Below are positions 21,401 through 34,682 of a stretch of 64,000 nucleotides of DNA, in pieces. The notes below the pieces were generated by a model that saw nothing but the letters and a program-made list of their open reading frames with translations, had not been told where the DNA came from and did no database searches. The translations under genes and the position numbers were made by a program. This DNA comes from Anthoceros angustus. Taxonomy: Eukaryota > Plantae > Anthocerotophyta. How positions within the stretch are numbered: the first letter of the stretch is position 1; every line of letters begins with the position of its first letter. Location of the stretch: positions 186,001-250,000 of the forward strand of contig VJWM01000238.1 in assembly GCA_010909165.1 (NCBI GenBank). The letters run 5' to 3'.

Positions 21401-23771
21401 TATTACTCTTCTCTCTACTTGAATGGCTACAGCATGCTTCCCTTCAACCGGACCGTCCCCTCTTTCTCACTTATCTCTATTAAAAAATAGTTCTCCTAGT
21501 TGGTACCCCGGAGCTCAGGTCCCCATTTCTAGTTCCATTGTCGATCGGGCCCGTGGACCAGCTTGTAATTATGTTGATCCAAGCCCTCCCACATGTGGTT
21601 CGCTTGGCCTCTAGTCATGCTCGTTTTTTCAATGCACCTTCCCGTTAAAATATGATGGAAACCTCACGCCACCTCCACTTGGGGGGTGGTCAACCTCGCA
21701 CCCGGGTGGGTGGGTTCTCCACACGCGGAGACGTTTGGCCTATTTTGTCTTGTAGTGGGTATCCTGGGGCCGTGACGTGCCTTGTGGAAAACCGTGCCAT
21801 GGTGATGTTGTTCCGGTCGAGTAAAACCGTATTTTCGGAAGTGGCATGTACGTACGATCCAACCCATACGAGATGGACAATGTACCGCAGACGCAGCCTG
21901 GTAAAGGCTGCTGACTATGCCGGATGTCCGTTGCAGTATGCTGAGGATAACAGGATCAACAGCTCGATTGTCACGCCGAGTACATTGTTGTTCTTAGAAG
22001 GTGTAAGCAACTCCAGTTACACTGTTCTGAGGTATGAAGAGGGAGACAAAAACCAGAGCTCTGTGAGCTTGAGACCTCAGAATGGCGGTGCCACAAGTTT
22101 GGCCACTGCCTGCATACAACATCGCTCTCCCACACGTCGTGCTTCCAATGGTCGATTCAAGATTGGAATCCTTGGCTGGTAAACGTGGTGGTGCTACTCT
22201 CCATTTCAAGAATTGAGGAACGGTTTAGCTTTTGGTGGATGCGGGAACCCCAGGAAATTGTGAGCTCCGTTGGAAGCTTGTATACGTGTGGATAAGAAGA
22301 ACAAAGGCAAATCACATTCTCTGGAGCGTTCTGGCATTCGCAAAACCTTGATGTTCTGCAGCCATACCAAATGTTGCACAACAACAACACCATGTACCAC
22401 TGTATCCCCATGGACATCCTTTCGAACACAATCATCCCGACAGTGTACTCGCAACCTTGTCCATAAGCCAAGAACACGTCAAATCTGGTGTCCCACCATA
22501 CATTATATGAGTATGACACAAGACATTCGCTCATACCTGTTGCGACGGCAAGCACACTCACCTCCCATGTCAAACTCATATCTTCATTGGGCTCTTGTGG
22601 ATAAAGAACTCGCCTTCATATACCTCCACGGTCAGTGGCTCCGCAAGGCTCCTTATTCGGAATAGGTACCCATGTGATCGCCCCGCCAACAAGGCATGAA
22701 GTCCTCCTCCAGCCAGGGTGAAGCAGGCCTCAACGATCATGTCTGCCACCTCCAGGAGCTGGTAATGGCCTTTGTCATTCACTTTGAAATCACATATGCA
22801 AATGGTCCACCTCACAGCGTGAACAAAACCTCGATCGACACCGAGAAGTTCGCCTGGCCCAATTGTCTTTTCACAATGGTGACAATGCCACATGTCAGAG
22901 GGGTCAAGCATGGACCTTAACACATAATCTGGGCCACCCACGAGGTAACGACGTTGATCCCAATAGGGCCCCTCTCGCACATATTTGTGTTTCCACATCC
23001 ACTTGTGAAATGCCTTCCTCCTCTGCAATGACATCCGCAAGTTCCCACCAATCCAATCAGCCTTGTTGGGTGCCAAGGTAATTTCTACAAATTGGGCCAC
23101 CTTCTGCACCACCAGAAGTGTGAACAAGCGCTCTCCCAACATGGCGTCACAATACATTTTCTCCCTTGCAGTCTCAAATATGAGGACGACGATGTGTTCC
23201 CGCCAATTCTCTCGGAGTGCCTCAACTGCTTGGTGCACGAATATTGCGAGCTCCTTTGCTCGACCCAAGAAACCAAGACCCAACCTTTTCTGCAAGCTCC
23301 CATACTTTCCGCTTTGCTCGATGTCCTCGTGCCGCAAAGACAGCAACTACCATCCTCCAAACTTGCTCTTGCCGTGACAAACGATGATGCATTTCCCAGC
23401 AACCTCACGCCTCCATGACTTGGAGCACCCACATGCCCTCTCCCCCTCCCCACACATATGGGGTGTCCACATCGCCGACCAGACGCCCACACGCACACCT
23501 TCTCATCGCCTTCCACCGGCCCGAGGGCTGCACTCCAAATTGGAGACGGCAGGACCTCTGTACCATCTGGTTTTTCTGGCGGTGGAGTTGGTCGCCAGCC
23601 TGACTCAACCCGGCGGTGCACCGCCACAACCTGCGTGTGCCAGTACGCCTTATGCCTTCGTGTGGACCGTAGGCTCTGCCCCGTAGAAAGGTAATGGGCT
23701 AGTTTTTTTGTTTTCTAGGTGTGGAGTGAGAAATAAGACAGGGAATAAGGTCAGGATGGGTAATAAGTTGG

Positions 23772-23917
23772 CTCCGGACCTCACTCCGGAGAAGGCAAAT
23801 GACTCCGGACCTCACTCCGGAGTAGGTAGGGGACTTCGAACCGCACTCCAGAGGGGCCGAGTGTCTGCGGACTGCACTCCGGGGTAGATCGCGGTGAGTC
23901 CGGGCTGCACTCCGGAG
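23772..23917 (+). repeat. Cluster of ctccgga(g) motif repeats at the 5' end of the LTR
   Basis: About 7-8 copies of (ca/ga)ctcc(g/a)g(a/g) in 150 bp. The equivalent cluster is at ~28578-28618. Confidence 0.75.
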
Positions 23918-24376
23918 TAAGTCGCGGTAAGTACGCCAAGGAAAGTAACTTTGGAACGGGGAGCGTATTTTGGCAAGAGGGGCCACGGACGGCCACGAGA
24001 GGTGGACGGCATGCAAATGTACTGTACGTAGGGTTGCCACGACGTTATAGGCGTGTATTCATGCTCCAGTACATGCGCCAACAGATCTGAGTAGCTACGG
24101 CGTCACAAGCGGCAACACAGAAGACTAGAGTAAGCCATGCAGGCCTCTGATAGTTACGGGCAGCGGCGCGCTGCTTCGTTACACCCGATGCTTTGGCCCC
24201 GAACGAAGGTCATTCTTCCGAGCGACGCGGCTCTTGCGCTCATACACCCTACTCTCAGCGTTGTCTTTTCAAGCCGCCCGACACTTACGAGCTCATCTTT
24301 GCAAACGTCATGCGCGAAGAGAGGAAGGAGAATTGGTCGAAGGCCAACCCCAACAAGCACTCAAGAGGAGCAAAGA

Positions 24377-27374
24377 ATGGGGCCCAAGAAGGCGGAGGTT
24401 TGGGAACCGCGCAGGAATGGAACATCGCCACCAAGCGCTACCCGGATTTTGACCTTGGTCAAGTGAGGCGGAGGAGCTGGTGGAAGACGGCACTGGATAT
24501 CTTCCTGTGTCTCTGGACTTCGAAGGCCGCCTAGTCCAGAATACGCCAAGATGTTGGCGGTGGCCAACAAGGAGGTCCGCCCAAGAACTCCGAGGGAGGA
24601 CCCGGGAGGTGGACTGGAGGTCCCGAGGGCGCGGCGACCGCCCGGGAGGAAGTGGGAGGCGAGTCCCGAGCCCCTTAAGGTGAAGGGAAAGTGAAGCGCA
24701 AGGGGCGGCTCTCTTGAGGTTGGTGACGCAGCGGTCCTCCAACGGATGGTCGTGACCACGAACAAAGTGCGAGCGTGGCGAAAAATCATCGTCCACTGGA
24801 ACATGCTCACCAAGGTGGACCACCTTGGTGACAAATTGTTGGTATTCCTCCACGCCCTACACAGAGGAAAACGGGCCAACTGGGGAGGAATCATCTTCGC
24901 CAGGATCAACCAGGAGGCCAGGAAGCTGAGGAGCGAGAAGCCGCCCCCGTCGGCGTTATCGCCGTTCATCATCCATGTGTGGGGGCACCTGAACCTCTTG
25001 AAGGAGGAAGAGGAAGAGCGGGCGCTCCGGAGGACCCGGGAGGAGGAGCAGGAGGAGGAGAGGAGAGGAGGAGGAGAAGGCCGCCCTTCCAGGGCCAAGC
25101 GAGTCCGGGAGGAGGAAGATTGGGAGGGGATTCCGGACTCCATACGTTTGGAACGGACCCCCTCGCCACCCTAGGAAGTGTGGGAAGAAATTCCACTTCC
25201 CTTCTTTTAGTCCCTCCACCGGAGCACCCTGCGCCAGAGGAGGTTGCCACAGGGAGGGAGTTGGCGGTCACGACGCCAGCAAACCAGCAGCCCACAACCG
25301 CCGCCGACGAGTGGCAGCTGAGGAGGCCAAGGAGAGCAGAGAGGGATGCGGCCCAAGGGGCGGAGGACATTGGCAAAGAACTCCCACCCCGAGCCCACCT
25401 GCCCCAACCGGGAGAGGCAAGACTCGGCCACAGACCCTCACCACCTCCGAGCCCTAAGAGAAGGCGGAGAAAGAGCTAGTGGCCAATAGGGCCGAGGAGG
25501 TGGAAGCTTTGGACTGTAACACTGTGACCCGAGTCCCGGATGAGTCCCTAGTCCGGCCACCTGCATCGATTGTGGCGGTCCCAACGGACCAAGCGTACCC
25601 GAGGCCGCCATGACGGCGAATTTCCAGCCGCTGGGTAGAAGAAACCCGAGGGTACTGCACCTGCTATGGACGGGTGCCTGGGGTCTCTAATGTGCCAGAG
25701 AGACTGTGGAGGTAGAGGCCACTGGAGACGATGGTGGAGCTCCAGGGTCAGGCGGAGGCAGCCCAAGTGGCCAAGAGGAAGGCGGAGACCCTCGCAAGAA
25801 TCGAGGAGGAGAAGCGCGGGCGAGTCGGGCGAGTCCATGTGATGACCCGGATCCAAGTGTGAGCAGTGAAGTAAGCGCAGGCTGCAGGGCGAGGTCCGCC
25901 CAACATGACCCGGCCAGGATCCTTCAGCTGTGTGAACAGCTGAAGTAAGCGCAGGAGGCATGAGCGAAGGTGGAAGACCTTTGCAGACGGAGGGAAACGG
26001 CCCAAGAGGAGGCGGAAAGGGCTAAGGACCTGGCCGAGGCGGCTCGGCAGGAGCAACACCAAGCCTGGGAAGCTCAGGTGAAGGGGCGCGGAAGCCGAGG
26101 CAGCAGGCGAGGACCACCTCATGGGACCGAACCGGTGGAGAAGGCCAGCATAACCCCAGCCAACACGAAAGCAGCGGCGGTGAGCGAGGACCAGCATGAG
26201 GAAAGAGGAGGCGTGCAGGAGATGGAAGATCTCCGGGCACAGTTGAAAGGGGCGGAGGAGCGACGTCAGGAGCTGGAGGACCGCAAGGAGACCTTGGAGC
26301 TACAGCTCCACGTAACGGTGGAGCGGAATGGAGATCTCCAAGGTATAATCGTGGATCACGAGCGGGAGATTGAGCGGCTCCAGATCTGTTGGAGGGTGGA
26401 GGAGGTCGACCGGACCCCGAGGTCCGGACTCGGGAGGAGAGGAGGAGGAGGAGGAAGCCACAGGCGTCTTGCCGGAGCGCCTGGAGAGGAACATGGGGGC
26501 CCTCCATGCAAGAATGGATAGTGGGGAGAGGGCTCTGAGAGGAGGAAGCCAGCCGGGTCCGCCATGGCAGAAGGGAACGCTGCCCGGCCGTAAGTGGCCG
26601 AACTACAACGGAGGCGGGAGGAGGAGCACGCAGAGCAGCAGCAGAGGCTGCAGGAAGTGTCGGAGGCAGCCTTGGCGGCCTCGAGAGACTTCGCCAGACT
26701 CCAGTTGGCGGGCCTGGCAGCGGAGACGACCCAGCAAGCCAACCAGCACGCGTAGCTATCGGAGCACCTTTGGAGGAGGGAGTACCGAGTGGCCCCGGGC
26801 CCATGTGGAGGATGCAATTCAACAAGTCGATTCAGACTTTGCCTACTACCACGCGGAGCTCCTCAAGGCCCTGGAGGTCCTGAACCACCCCCGGCAAATT
26901 GACGGACCCCCGGACGGATCAGAGGGAGGGGGGAGAGATGAAGGCCCTGGAGATAGTACGGCCACCGGGACTCTAGGAGCGCTGTTCGGAGACGAGAGCA
27001 GCAGCGGGGAGGGGGAGCATCAGGAGGAGCAGGATACGGCGGACATCACTGGGCATGAGGTAAGCCCGCCACACCCCACCAGGAAAGGAAGGGAGGAGGG
27101 CCCCGAGGGGGTCAGAGAAGGGGAAGTCCAGGAAGACCCAAGTCAGGCTGGGGGTCCGGTGGCCGAGGACGGACCCCCGGGAAGTTCTCGGGGCGGGGGA
27201 GTTCAAGAACCCGCGAGTCCGGACCCTGAGGTCCGGACTCCGGAGACGAGACCGGACCCTGAGTTCCGGACTCCAGAGTTGAGACCGGACCCCAAGGTTC
27301 GGACTCCGGAGACAAGGCCGGACCCCGAGGTTCGGACTCAGGAGGAGAGGGGGGATCACCACCCGCCTGCTTAG
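24377..27374 (+). pseudogene. LTR-internal ORF (~1000 codons when frameshifts are bridged): N-terminal globular domain, long coiled coil, acidic/Pro-rich tail
   Basis: Fragments MGPKKAEVWEP, EWNIATKRYPDF, WNMLTKVDHLGDKLLVFLHALHRGKRANWGGIIFARINQEARKL..PSALSPFIIHVWGHLNLL, ELEDRKETLELQL..ERNGDLQGIIVDHEREIERLQ, AHVEDAIQQVDSDFAYYHAELLKALEVL, with stop at 27372-27374. Homologous fragments recur in both LTRs of the neighbouring element. Confidence 0.72.
27219..27343 (+). repeat. 33-bp coding tandem repeat x4 (PDPEVRTPETR-like 11-aa units)
   Basis: Units start at 27219, 27252, 27285 and 27318; seen in ORF 26370..27374. Confidence 0.9.
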
Positions 27375-27703
27375 GCGGAGCAACCTCCTAGTGGACCCGC
27401 AGAGCAGGGACCCACCAGTGAGTCAAGAGGGGAAGGGGAGGAAGACTTGGTGGTTACCGCGGTTGTCAGGCCATCGCCGGTAGCTCAACCAGATAGGGTC
27501 TGGAAGGAAGGGCCCCGCACCGGATCATCCGATTGCGCGCCGAACCGCCGTGACTGTGGATTGGGCCACCGCCGAGGCGTAATCATGGGCACTCCACCGC
27601 CGACGACATAGATAGGCGGGCTAAGGGAAATAGTGGGCGGCAGTTAGCACACCGAAATGGACATCACTCAAAATAGGAGTGTATGACGCCGCCTTGGGCG
27701 TAG

Positions 27704-27710
27704 TATAAGA
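27704..27710 (+). promoter_or_regulatory. LTR TATA box (solo LTR)
   Basis: gtagTATAAGAggg, conserved at the same relative position in all LTR copies (34124, 48551, 51706), ~550-630 bp upstream of the LTR 3' end in the complete copies. Confidence 0.7.
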
Positions 27711-28467
27711 GGGCAGGGGCTGCTCTAGTAAAGCATCTTTCTTTTGGGGTGATTACCGCGTTTTCTTGTAGACCCTTGTGCGTCCCTTGCTAACGCGAGT
27801 CCTGAGTTACTGAGCAGGCACGACAGCCTCGGAGAGATTGATCAAGGTCTTGGTGGCGGACCCTAACGTGTGGTGGTGTGCCGGGCGACGACCGAGACCC
27901 TTGCTCTTCCGAGCAGGGCCGACGCTGACCCGGAATGCGTGAGACCAGTGGAACTCCGGGAGGGCGTGTAGAGCCCGGACGGAGAGGCCTAGTGGAACAG
28001 CGACGGAGGTCCGGACCACGCACCCACCCACTCTTTTCCAACGAATGATGAGCGTAGTGAGAGTGGTAAGGAAGGTGGACTAAAACGAGACGATCGGTAG
28101 AGTGACGCCAATGACTCAAACGCTTAATACGGCCTCAGACGGGCGGACACTTAAGAGTAGCTAATAGTAAAACCGCGAGCGCGCGCGCGATCTTGGGTAT
28201 AAATGGTCACAACGACGAGGCGAGAATCGGTTTGAGACGTGCAAAACGGAACCAATCATTCCCAATTGGGAACGGACCCCTTACTACAACGACACGGACC
28301 GCGGCGCCTGGTCGACTGTCAACAAAGTCGCACTACATCATGATACTCATGGCGGGTCCACCATTGCCAATGATACCAGCTGCTCCATGTGTTGGGTGTC
28401 TGTAATGGGCTGAGACAGTTCGGGCATGTAGTAAGGCTCTGTTTCAGGTGTGCCATCCATGGCGGTA

Positions 28468-31400
28468 TGTGGACTACGGACTTCCCTTGGGGGGTTAGGA
28501 AATAGGTAGGGTTTTGTTTTTTTTGTAGGAGCGAAGGATAAAATGAGGCGAAAAAGGGGGAAATAAGCACGGATAGCACTCCGGACGGCACTCCGGAGTA
28601 TACTCCGGACTCCGGAGTGAGGAACGTACCCGGACCCACTATGGTGCGCGTGGTAACGGATAAGTCCGACCCACCTGTGACCGCGTGATAAGTACGCCGT
28701 GAAAGTAACTTAGAAGTTGGAGCCGTGAGACGGACCAGCGACGCCACGGACGAATTCGAATGGAGGACGGCATGCACCGACCAGAATTGCCGGGTCATAG
28801 CAGTGTGTATTCACGCGCGGACGCGGCAGAAGGCCGCAGTACGCGGAGGCGTAAGGCCGAGTAAGTGGAGGCGTAAGGTCGGAATAAGCCATGCACTCTC
28901 GCGCTACTGTGGAAGAGGCGCCCCGCCTGTTACTCCCGGCGTGGCCGGCAAGGGTTTCACACCGAGACAACTCGCAATCTTCGCGCTCCAGCCCCGCTTC
29001 TAGCGGTATCTCGCTGGACGCCAGACGCTCGCCGCTCACCGCTGAGGTTGGAGCAACAACGGGCAAGAAGGCGCAACGTGCCGGGCCTCTCCAAGCTGCC
29101 ACAAGAACCAAGGAGGAGAAGGCGATGGCACCCAAAAGCCTGCGGAAGTTTGGGAGCCATGGAACCTCGTGGAGCGCAACATTGTGACTCGGCGCTATCC
29201 GGACTTTGGGCCCTGGCGCAGGGAAGGCATTGGTGCGTGGCACTTGGATGCGCTCCAGATGGTCCGGACGCTCGAGGTCACTCACAGTCGGGAGTTCGCC
29301 GGAGGCTGGGCGGTCAATAAGGAGGTGCGGTCCAAGAACCTCGGGAGGACCCTGCGATGGACCTTGGAGGTCCCGAGGCTGCCTACAACCGCCCAAAGGA
29401 GGAAGAAGGGGGAGTGGTACCAGCCCCTGGCGAGGAAGATAGGGCCGCCAGGCCGCGTCGAGGGCCTCGGACGCTGACCACCAACGGTTGGGCGATATCC
29501 CACCGCTGGACAATGGTAAGGCGGTAGCCGGATCATTGTCCATTGAAGCTCACCAAGGTGGACTCACCTTGGTGATAACTGTTTTTTCGCATGCGCTGCC
29601 CGCTGGGGAAGAGGGCGGTGGGAAGGATCATCTTCACGGCTTTAGGTCGGAGGCTCAAGCTCAGACCGAGAAGCCCTCGCCCGTCCATGGATGGGGCACT
29701 TCAGCCTCAAGGAAGGAGAGCTTGAGCGAGCCCGGGAAGGACCTGAGGCCCTGGAGTGGAGGCAAGGGCGCCTGAGGGAGGAGGCCGATCGTCAAGGCCG
29801 ACAGGAGGAGGACGGAGGAGATTCGGATTCCACTCTGAACGGACCCCCTCACCACAGGAAGTATGGGAAGAAATTCCGCTTCCTCCTCGTGCCCCAACCG
29901 AGTGACGATCCGCTGAGCGGCTCAGCCTGAGCCAGCCACCGGCCACCCGAGGCCTTGGACCGGGGAGGGCAAGAGACGCAAGACCACGATTTCATTGGAC
30001 TACACGGACTTGGGGTTAGAAATTAGGTAGGATTTTGTTTTTGTGTGGAGCCGAAAGGATGAGGCTAAAAGGAGGAAATAAGCGGGTTAGCACTCCGGGG
30101 AGTATACTCCGACTCGGAGTGAGGAACGACTTAGACCTACGATGGCGGGCGCATGGGTAAGACCGGACCCACTCGGGACCGGCGGGATGCGCGAGGTAAC
30201 TTAGAAGTTGGAGGCGTAAGGGGGCCGGGCGGCCACGTGGGCGACCGAGTGGAGGAGCGGGCATGCACGGTGGTCGGGACCGTAACCTTGCGAGGCCGTT
30301 ATAGCGGTATTCACGCCCGCGGGCTGCCGGCGTAAGGCCCGTGCAGCGGCGTAAGGCGCGAGTAAGCCATGCGGACCTCGGCGATTCACGGGGGAGGCGC
30401 CCTCAGCCGGTTACTCCGGCGTGGTCGGAAGAAGGTCATTTTTTCTGACCTCGAGACAATTCGCGATCTCTTGCGCTCCATGATCCGGCTCTCTGGCGGT
30501 ATCTCGTGGGACACTCGGGCGTCTTGGCGGCTCACCGTTGGTCGGGCGAGCGGCGAAGAGGCTCAACGTGCGGTCTGACAAGCGGCGGCGGCAGCAAGGA
30601 GAAGAAGGCGATGGCACCCAAAAGCCAGGAAGTTTGGGAGCCATGGAACCTTGTGGGCGCAACATTGTGACCCGCGCTATCCGGACTTTGGGCTCAGCTC
30701 CGAGGCGGAGAATTGGTGCGGTGGCATTTGGATGTGTTCCAAATGGTCGGACATTTGAGTCACTCTGGTCCGGGAGTTTGCGGAAGATCTTGGCGGCGGT
30801 CAACAAGGAGGTGCGGTCCAAGAACCTCCGGGAGGACCCAAGGCGATGGACCTTGGAGGTCTGAGGCGGCCTACAAGGAGGAAGAGGGGAGTGGTGCGGG
30901 CCCCTCAAGGCGAAGGGAAGATAGGTCCGCCAGCCCGATGCTAAGGCACGCAGCGGACCCAGTGGTTGGGCGATATCCGACTGTTGGACGGTCGAGTCGA
31001 GGCGGTGGCGGATCATTCATCTGGAACCTACTCACCAAGGTGGATCACCTTGGTGATAATCTATTAGTGTTCACCACGCGTTGCGGGGGAAGAAGGCGGG
31101 TGGGAAGGATTATCTTCGCCGGTTTAGCCGAGAGCTCATGCTCGGGAGCCGCCATGGGGCATCCCCGATCCATGTATGGGGCATTTGAACTCCTCGGGAA
31201 GGAGAGCTTGGCGCTCGGAAGGGGCTGAGGCCTCCCGGAAGTGGAGGCGGGCGGCCGGAGGAGGAGGCGGTCGACAAAACCAAGCGGACTCGGGAGGAGG
31301 GGAGGATTCGGACTCCATCGCTGAGCGGACCCCTCACCACCCAGTATGGGAAGCAATTCCCTCCCTCCTTCAGTGCCCCAGCAGGCGAGGCGGCCCGGCC

Positions 31401-34400
31401 CCAGCCGGCCATCACTCGGTGAGCCCGCGGACGGAGAGGCCGAAGCGCAAGACCCACACGGCTGGCAGCGGTGCAGTCGGTGCAGTACCTCTTCCCCGCG
31501 GAGTGGCGGAGGAAGGCATGGAGGCGAGAAGGGGCCGAGGCGGAGGACAGCGGCCGCATCGGGAGTCACGCCCGGCGGAAGGGGCAAAAGGCGTGCTCCG
31601 GACTCCATCACCTCAAGCCCGGAGAAAAGGGCGGAGAAGGAGCTCGCGGCCCAAAGGGGAGGAGCTCGGAGCTCGGCCTCGGGACCTAAGGGTCTGATTG
31701 GGTCGGAGAACCCGGTCGGACTTGCTCGGGGCAGTATGGAGGTCCTTGGCGGACCGTGAGATGCCGCTCCCTCGGACTTTGTGGGAGCCTCACCGTGCCG
31801 TGGAGGAAACACGGCGGGTCACAGCTACCGTCATGGACGGTATGCTCTCACAGTGTCTTGGGATGGCCGAGAAGGCCAGGTGGAAGCCACCGGGCGCATG
31901 GTGCTCCTCCGGAGGCGGTTGGAGGAGCCCAGGCGAGAAGGAAGGCCGAAGCTCGGCGGGATTGAGGAAGGGCCGGGAGGCGAGAGGAGGTCTGGTCCAT
32001 CCGCAGGACGGACCAAATTCTTTGGAGGAACAGTGAGCGGGCCAAGGAGGAAGCCCGAGTCACTCGTGACCTAAGGGTCTGGTCCGAGAACCCACCGGAC
32101 TTGCTCCGGATCTGCGTATGGAGGTCCTTGACGGACCGTGAGATGCCGCCCCCAGGACTTTGTGGGAGCCTCACTCAGCCGCCGTGGAAGAAACACGGCG
32201 TCCTGCTACCGCCATGGACTATGCCTGGGGTCTGTGGGATGGCCGAGAAGGCCCAGGAGGTGGAAGCCACCCGAGGCGCATGGTGCTCCTCCAGAGCAGC
32301 TTGGAGGGAGCCTGTGAGGCGAGAAGGAAGGCCAAGCTCGGGATTGAGGAAGGAAACGCCGGGAGGCGGAGAGGGAGGTTTGGTCCATCCGCAAGGACGG
32401 ACTAAATTCCTTCAGGAGGAACCAAGGCCAAGGAGGCCCAAGGCGGAGGACCTCTGCAGGCGGGCGTAGCCGCGAGGCCGGCGCAAGCGAGCAGGCGGGA
32501 TCTCGGAGGCGGCACCGGACGAGCCAAGGCTGGAGAGGCTCGGTGAAGGTGGCCAGGAGGCGGAGGCCACGGCGAGGCCGATCGCGATCACTATCGGCGT
32601 GATCGGGCCGGTGGAGGAGGCGGAGAGCAGCCAATCGAAGGCCGAGCAAGTGGCCGAGCAAGCAGTCGGCCGTGAGGAGAGGCCGGCACCGGGAGGTTGG
32701 GGACCTCGAGTGCAGTGCGGAGAGGTAGAAGGCGGAGGCGGGAGGCTGGAGGACAACAAGGACACCTTGGAGTTGCAACTCCAAGATGCATCGAGCGGAG
32801 GGGTTCTCAGCGAGAGAATCCAAGACTTGACGAGAGGTGGCCTCCAGCTCCGCTTGAGACGGAGGAGAAGCGGCGGTGCAAGGAGTTCGGCGTCGCCCGG
32901 TTGCGGCAGGATGTGGCGGAAGCCGAGTCGGACGGGGATGCCCGCTGGAGAAGGAAGTGGAGGACCTCGGGAAAGAATAGAAGAAGGGAGGAAGGCCTGG
33001 AGGAAAAGTCATGCTCGTCCGGTTGCGGGAAGCGAAGGAGCTCGGCTCCATGGCCCATAATGGCGGAGTGAAAGCAGGAGGAGGAGAGGGCGGCGAAGGT
33101 TGCAAGAAGTGAGGCAGCCTTGGCGGCCTCAAGAGTCCGCCCGCCTCGGTGAGCTTGGCCACGGAGCAGGCCCGGTGGGCGATCTGCTCGATTCTGGAGC
33201 ACCTGGAGGAGAGTGGTGCTCGGGCTCATGTGGAGGAGGCGATTCAAAGTCGATTGACCTACTACCGAGCTCCTCAAGGCTCTGGAGGTCTGCGCCACCC
33301 TAGGCGGGAGGTGGACTTCGGAAGGGAGGAGGCGAGGAGGACGGACCGGGGCGGCACTGCAGGAGTCCTAGGAGGCTGACGGCAGCAGCAGCGTGGGAAG
33401 GCAGCGGAGGAGGAGGAAGGGGCGCCACCGAGGTAAGCCTCGGCACCCTCGCATGGAAGGACGAGGGAGGATCTTGAAGGAAGAGCAAGCATTCGGGAAC
33501 CAAGGGAGGGCTCGGTGGATGAACCCGTGGCTAGCCCGGAGGCATGCCAGGGCACGAGGTCGGACTTTGTCCGGACTCAGAAAGGCCGGACCAGTCCGGC
33601 CCCGAAGGAGTGGACTTAGGGATCCGGACTCTAGTGACAGTCCGGGCCACGAGGTCCGGACCCAGGAAGGTTGGGTCGAGGCCGGACCCAGGAGGCGTCC
33701 GGTCCCAGGCCGGACTCGGCCGGGCGGAGGCCGGACCGGAGGAAGGCCGGACCTAGAGGTCCGGACTCGAGTCGAGACAGTCCCGAGGTCCAAACTCGGG
33801 AGTGGGGAGAGCCACGATCACCAACCCCGGATCCACCTTGGAGGGCCCACTGCGAGGCCCGCCGAGAGAAGAGGGAGGACGAGGAGGACTTGGTGGTGGC
33901 CGTTGTCGAGCCGCCGGTGGCCGACTGAGACCCTCGGGAAGAGGAAGGGTCCCTCGCGGATCATCCGATTAGTGCGCATGACGGCTCGGCTTTGGCGCCG
34001 GTGCCAAGAAGGAAGGCCATCGGCCCACCACCGTGGCGATAGGTGGAATAGGCGGGGGTAGGCGGTGGTTAGGGTACCACTGGCCTCATTTCGAATAGAG
34101 GTGTAATAAAGGCGTGGGCGTAGTATAAGAGGGCTAAGGCCACAGATAAATCATCTTTCTCTTGGTGTTGATGCGCGTTCTTGCGGACCTTTGTGTGTCT
34201 TCTTGCTAGTGAGTCACGTGTGGCGAGCGGCGACTCGGGAGATTGATCGGTCTGGTGGCGGACCTAACGTGTTGTGGTGTGTGCGGGGAAGGGTGGTGAC
34301 CGTGCTCGTCCCAGCCGCGGCCACCGGAGACGTGAGCCGGAGGAACTCGGGAGGCGTCTGAGCGGACGGAGGCCGTGAGCAGCGGAGGAGGTCCGGTGTC

Positions 34401-34665
34401 CAGCGTCTTTCTAAGGCGAGGAGTGTAGCGTGAGGGGAGAGAGGAAAGGACGGATGTGTGAGTGACGACGAACGAACGGACGCGAACGGTCCTAAACGCT
34501 TGGCCATACAGGGCTGTCGGTGAACGTTGAGTAGTTAGGAGTATGTGTGTTGAGGCGAGCGCTAAGTGAGGAATCACACGCAGCGGAGCCTATCATTCCT
34601 TGGGCGGACTTCTTCCTACAACGACAGGATTGTGGCCGGTGGCCATCGGTGAAAGTCGCGCCACA
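28468..34665 (+). repeat. 5' LTR (includes a partial first copy 28468-~29990, a restart at ~29995 and an internal duplication)
   Basis: Start is identical to the sequence after the PPT (tgtggactacggacttcc); ends ...gtcgcgccaca directly before the PBS. Confidence 0.82.
34124..34130 (+). promoter_or_regulatory. LTR TATA box (5' LTR)
   Basis: gtagTATAAGAgggc, as in the other LTR copies. Confidence 0.7.
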
Positions 34666-34668
34666 TTT

Positions 34669-34682
34669 TGGCGCCGTTGGGA
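34669..34682 (+). promoter_or_regulatory. Primer-binding site, tRNA-Asp type
   Basis: tggcgccgttggga directly after the LTR end ccaca-ttt. It matches the TGGCGCCGTTGCCGGGG PBS typical of Athila-lineage elements, minus 2 nt. A second copy is at 35383-35395. Confidence 0.85.

Larger units (their letters stand above)
23661..28337 (+). mobile_element. ~4.7-kb solo LTR of an Athila-like Ty3/gypsy family related to the element at 28468
   Basis: Begins tgtggac and ends aaagtcgcactaca, homologous to the termini tgtggactacgg ... aaagtcgcgccaca of the neighbouring element. Collinear interior and TATA box at 27704. No PBS or PPT next to it, and no TSD seen (cttcg / tcatg). Confidence 0.8.
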
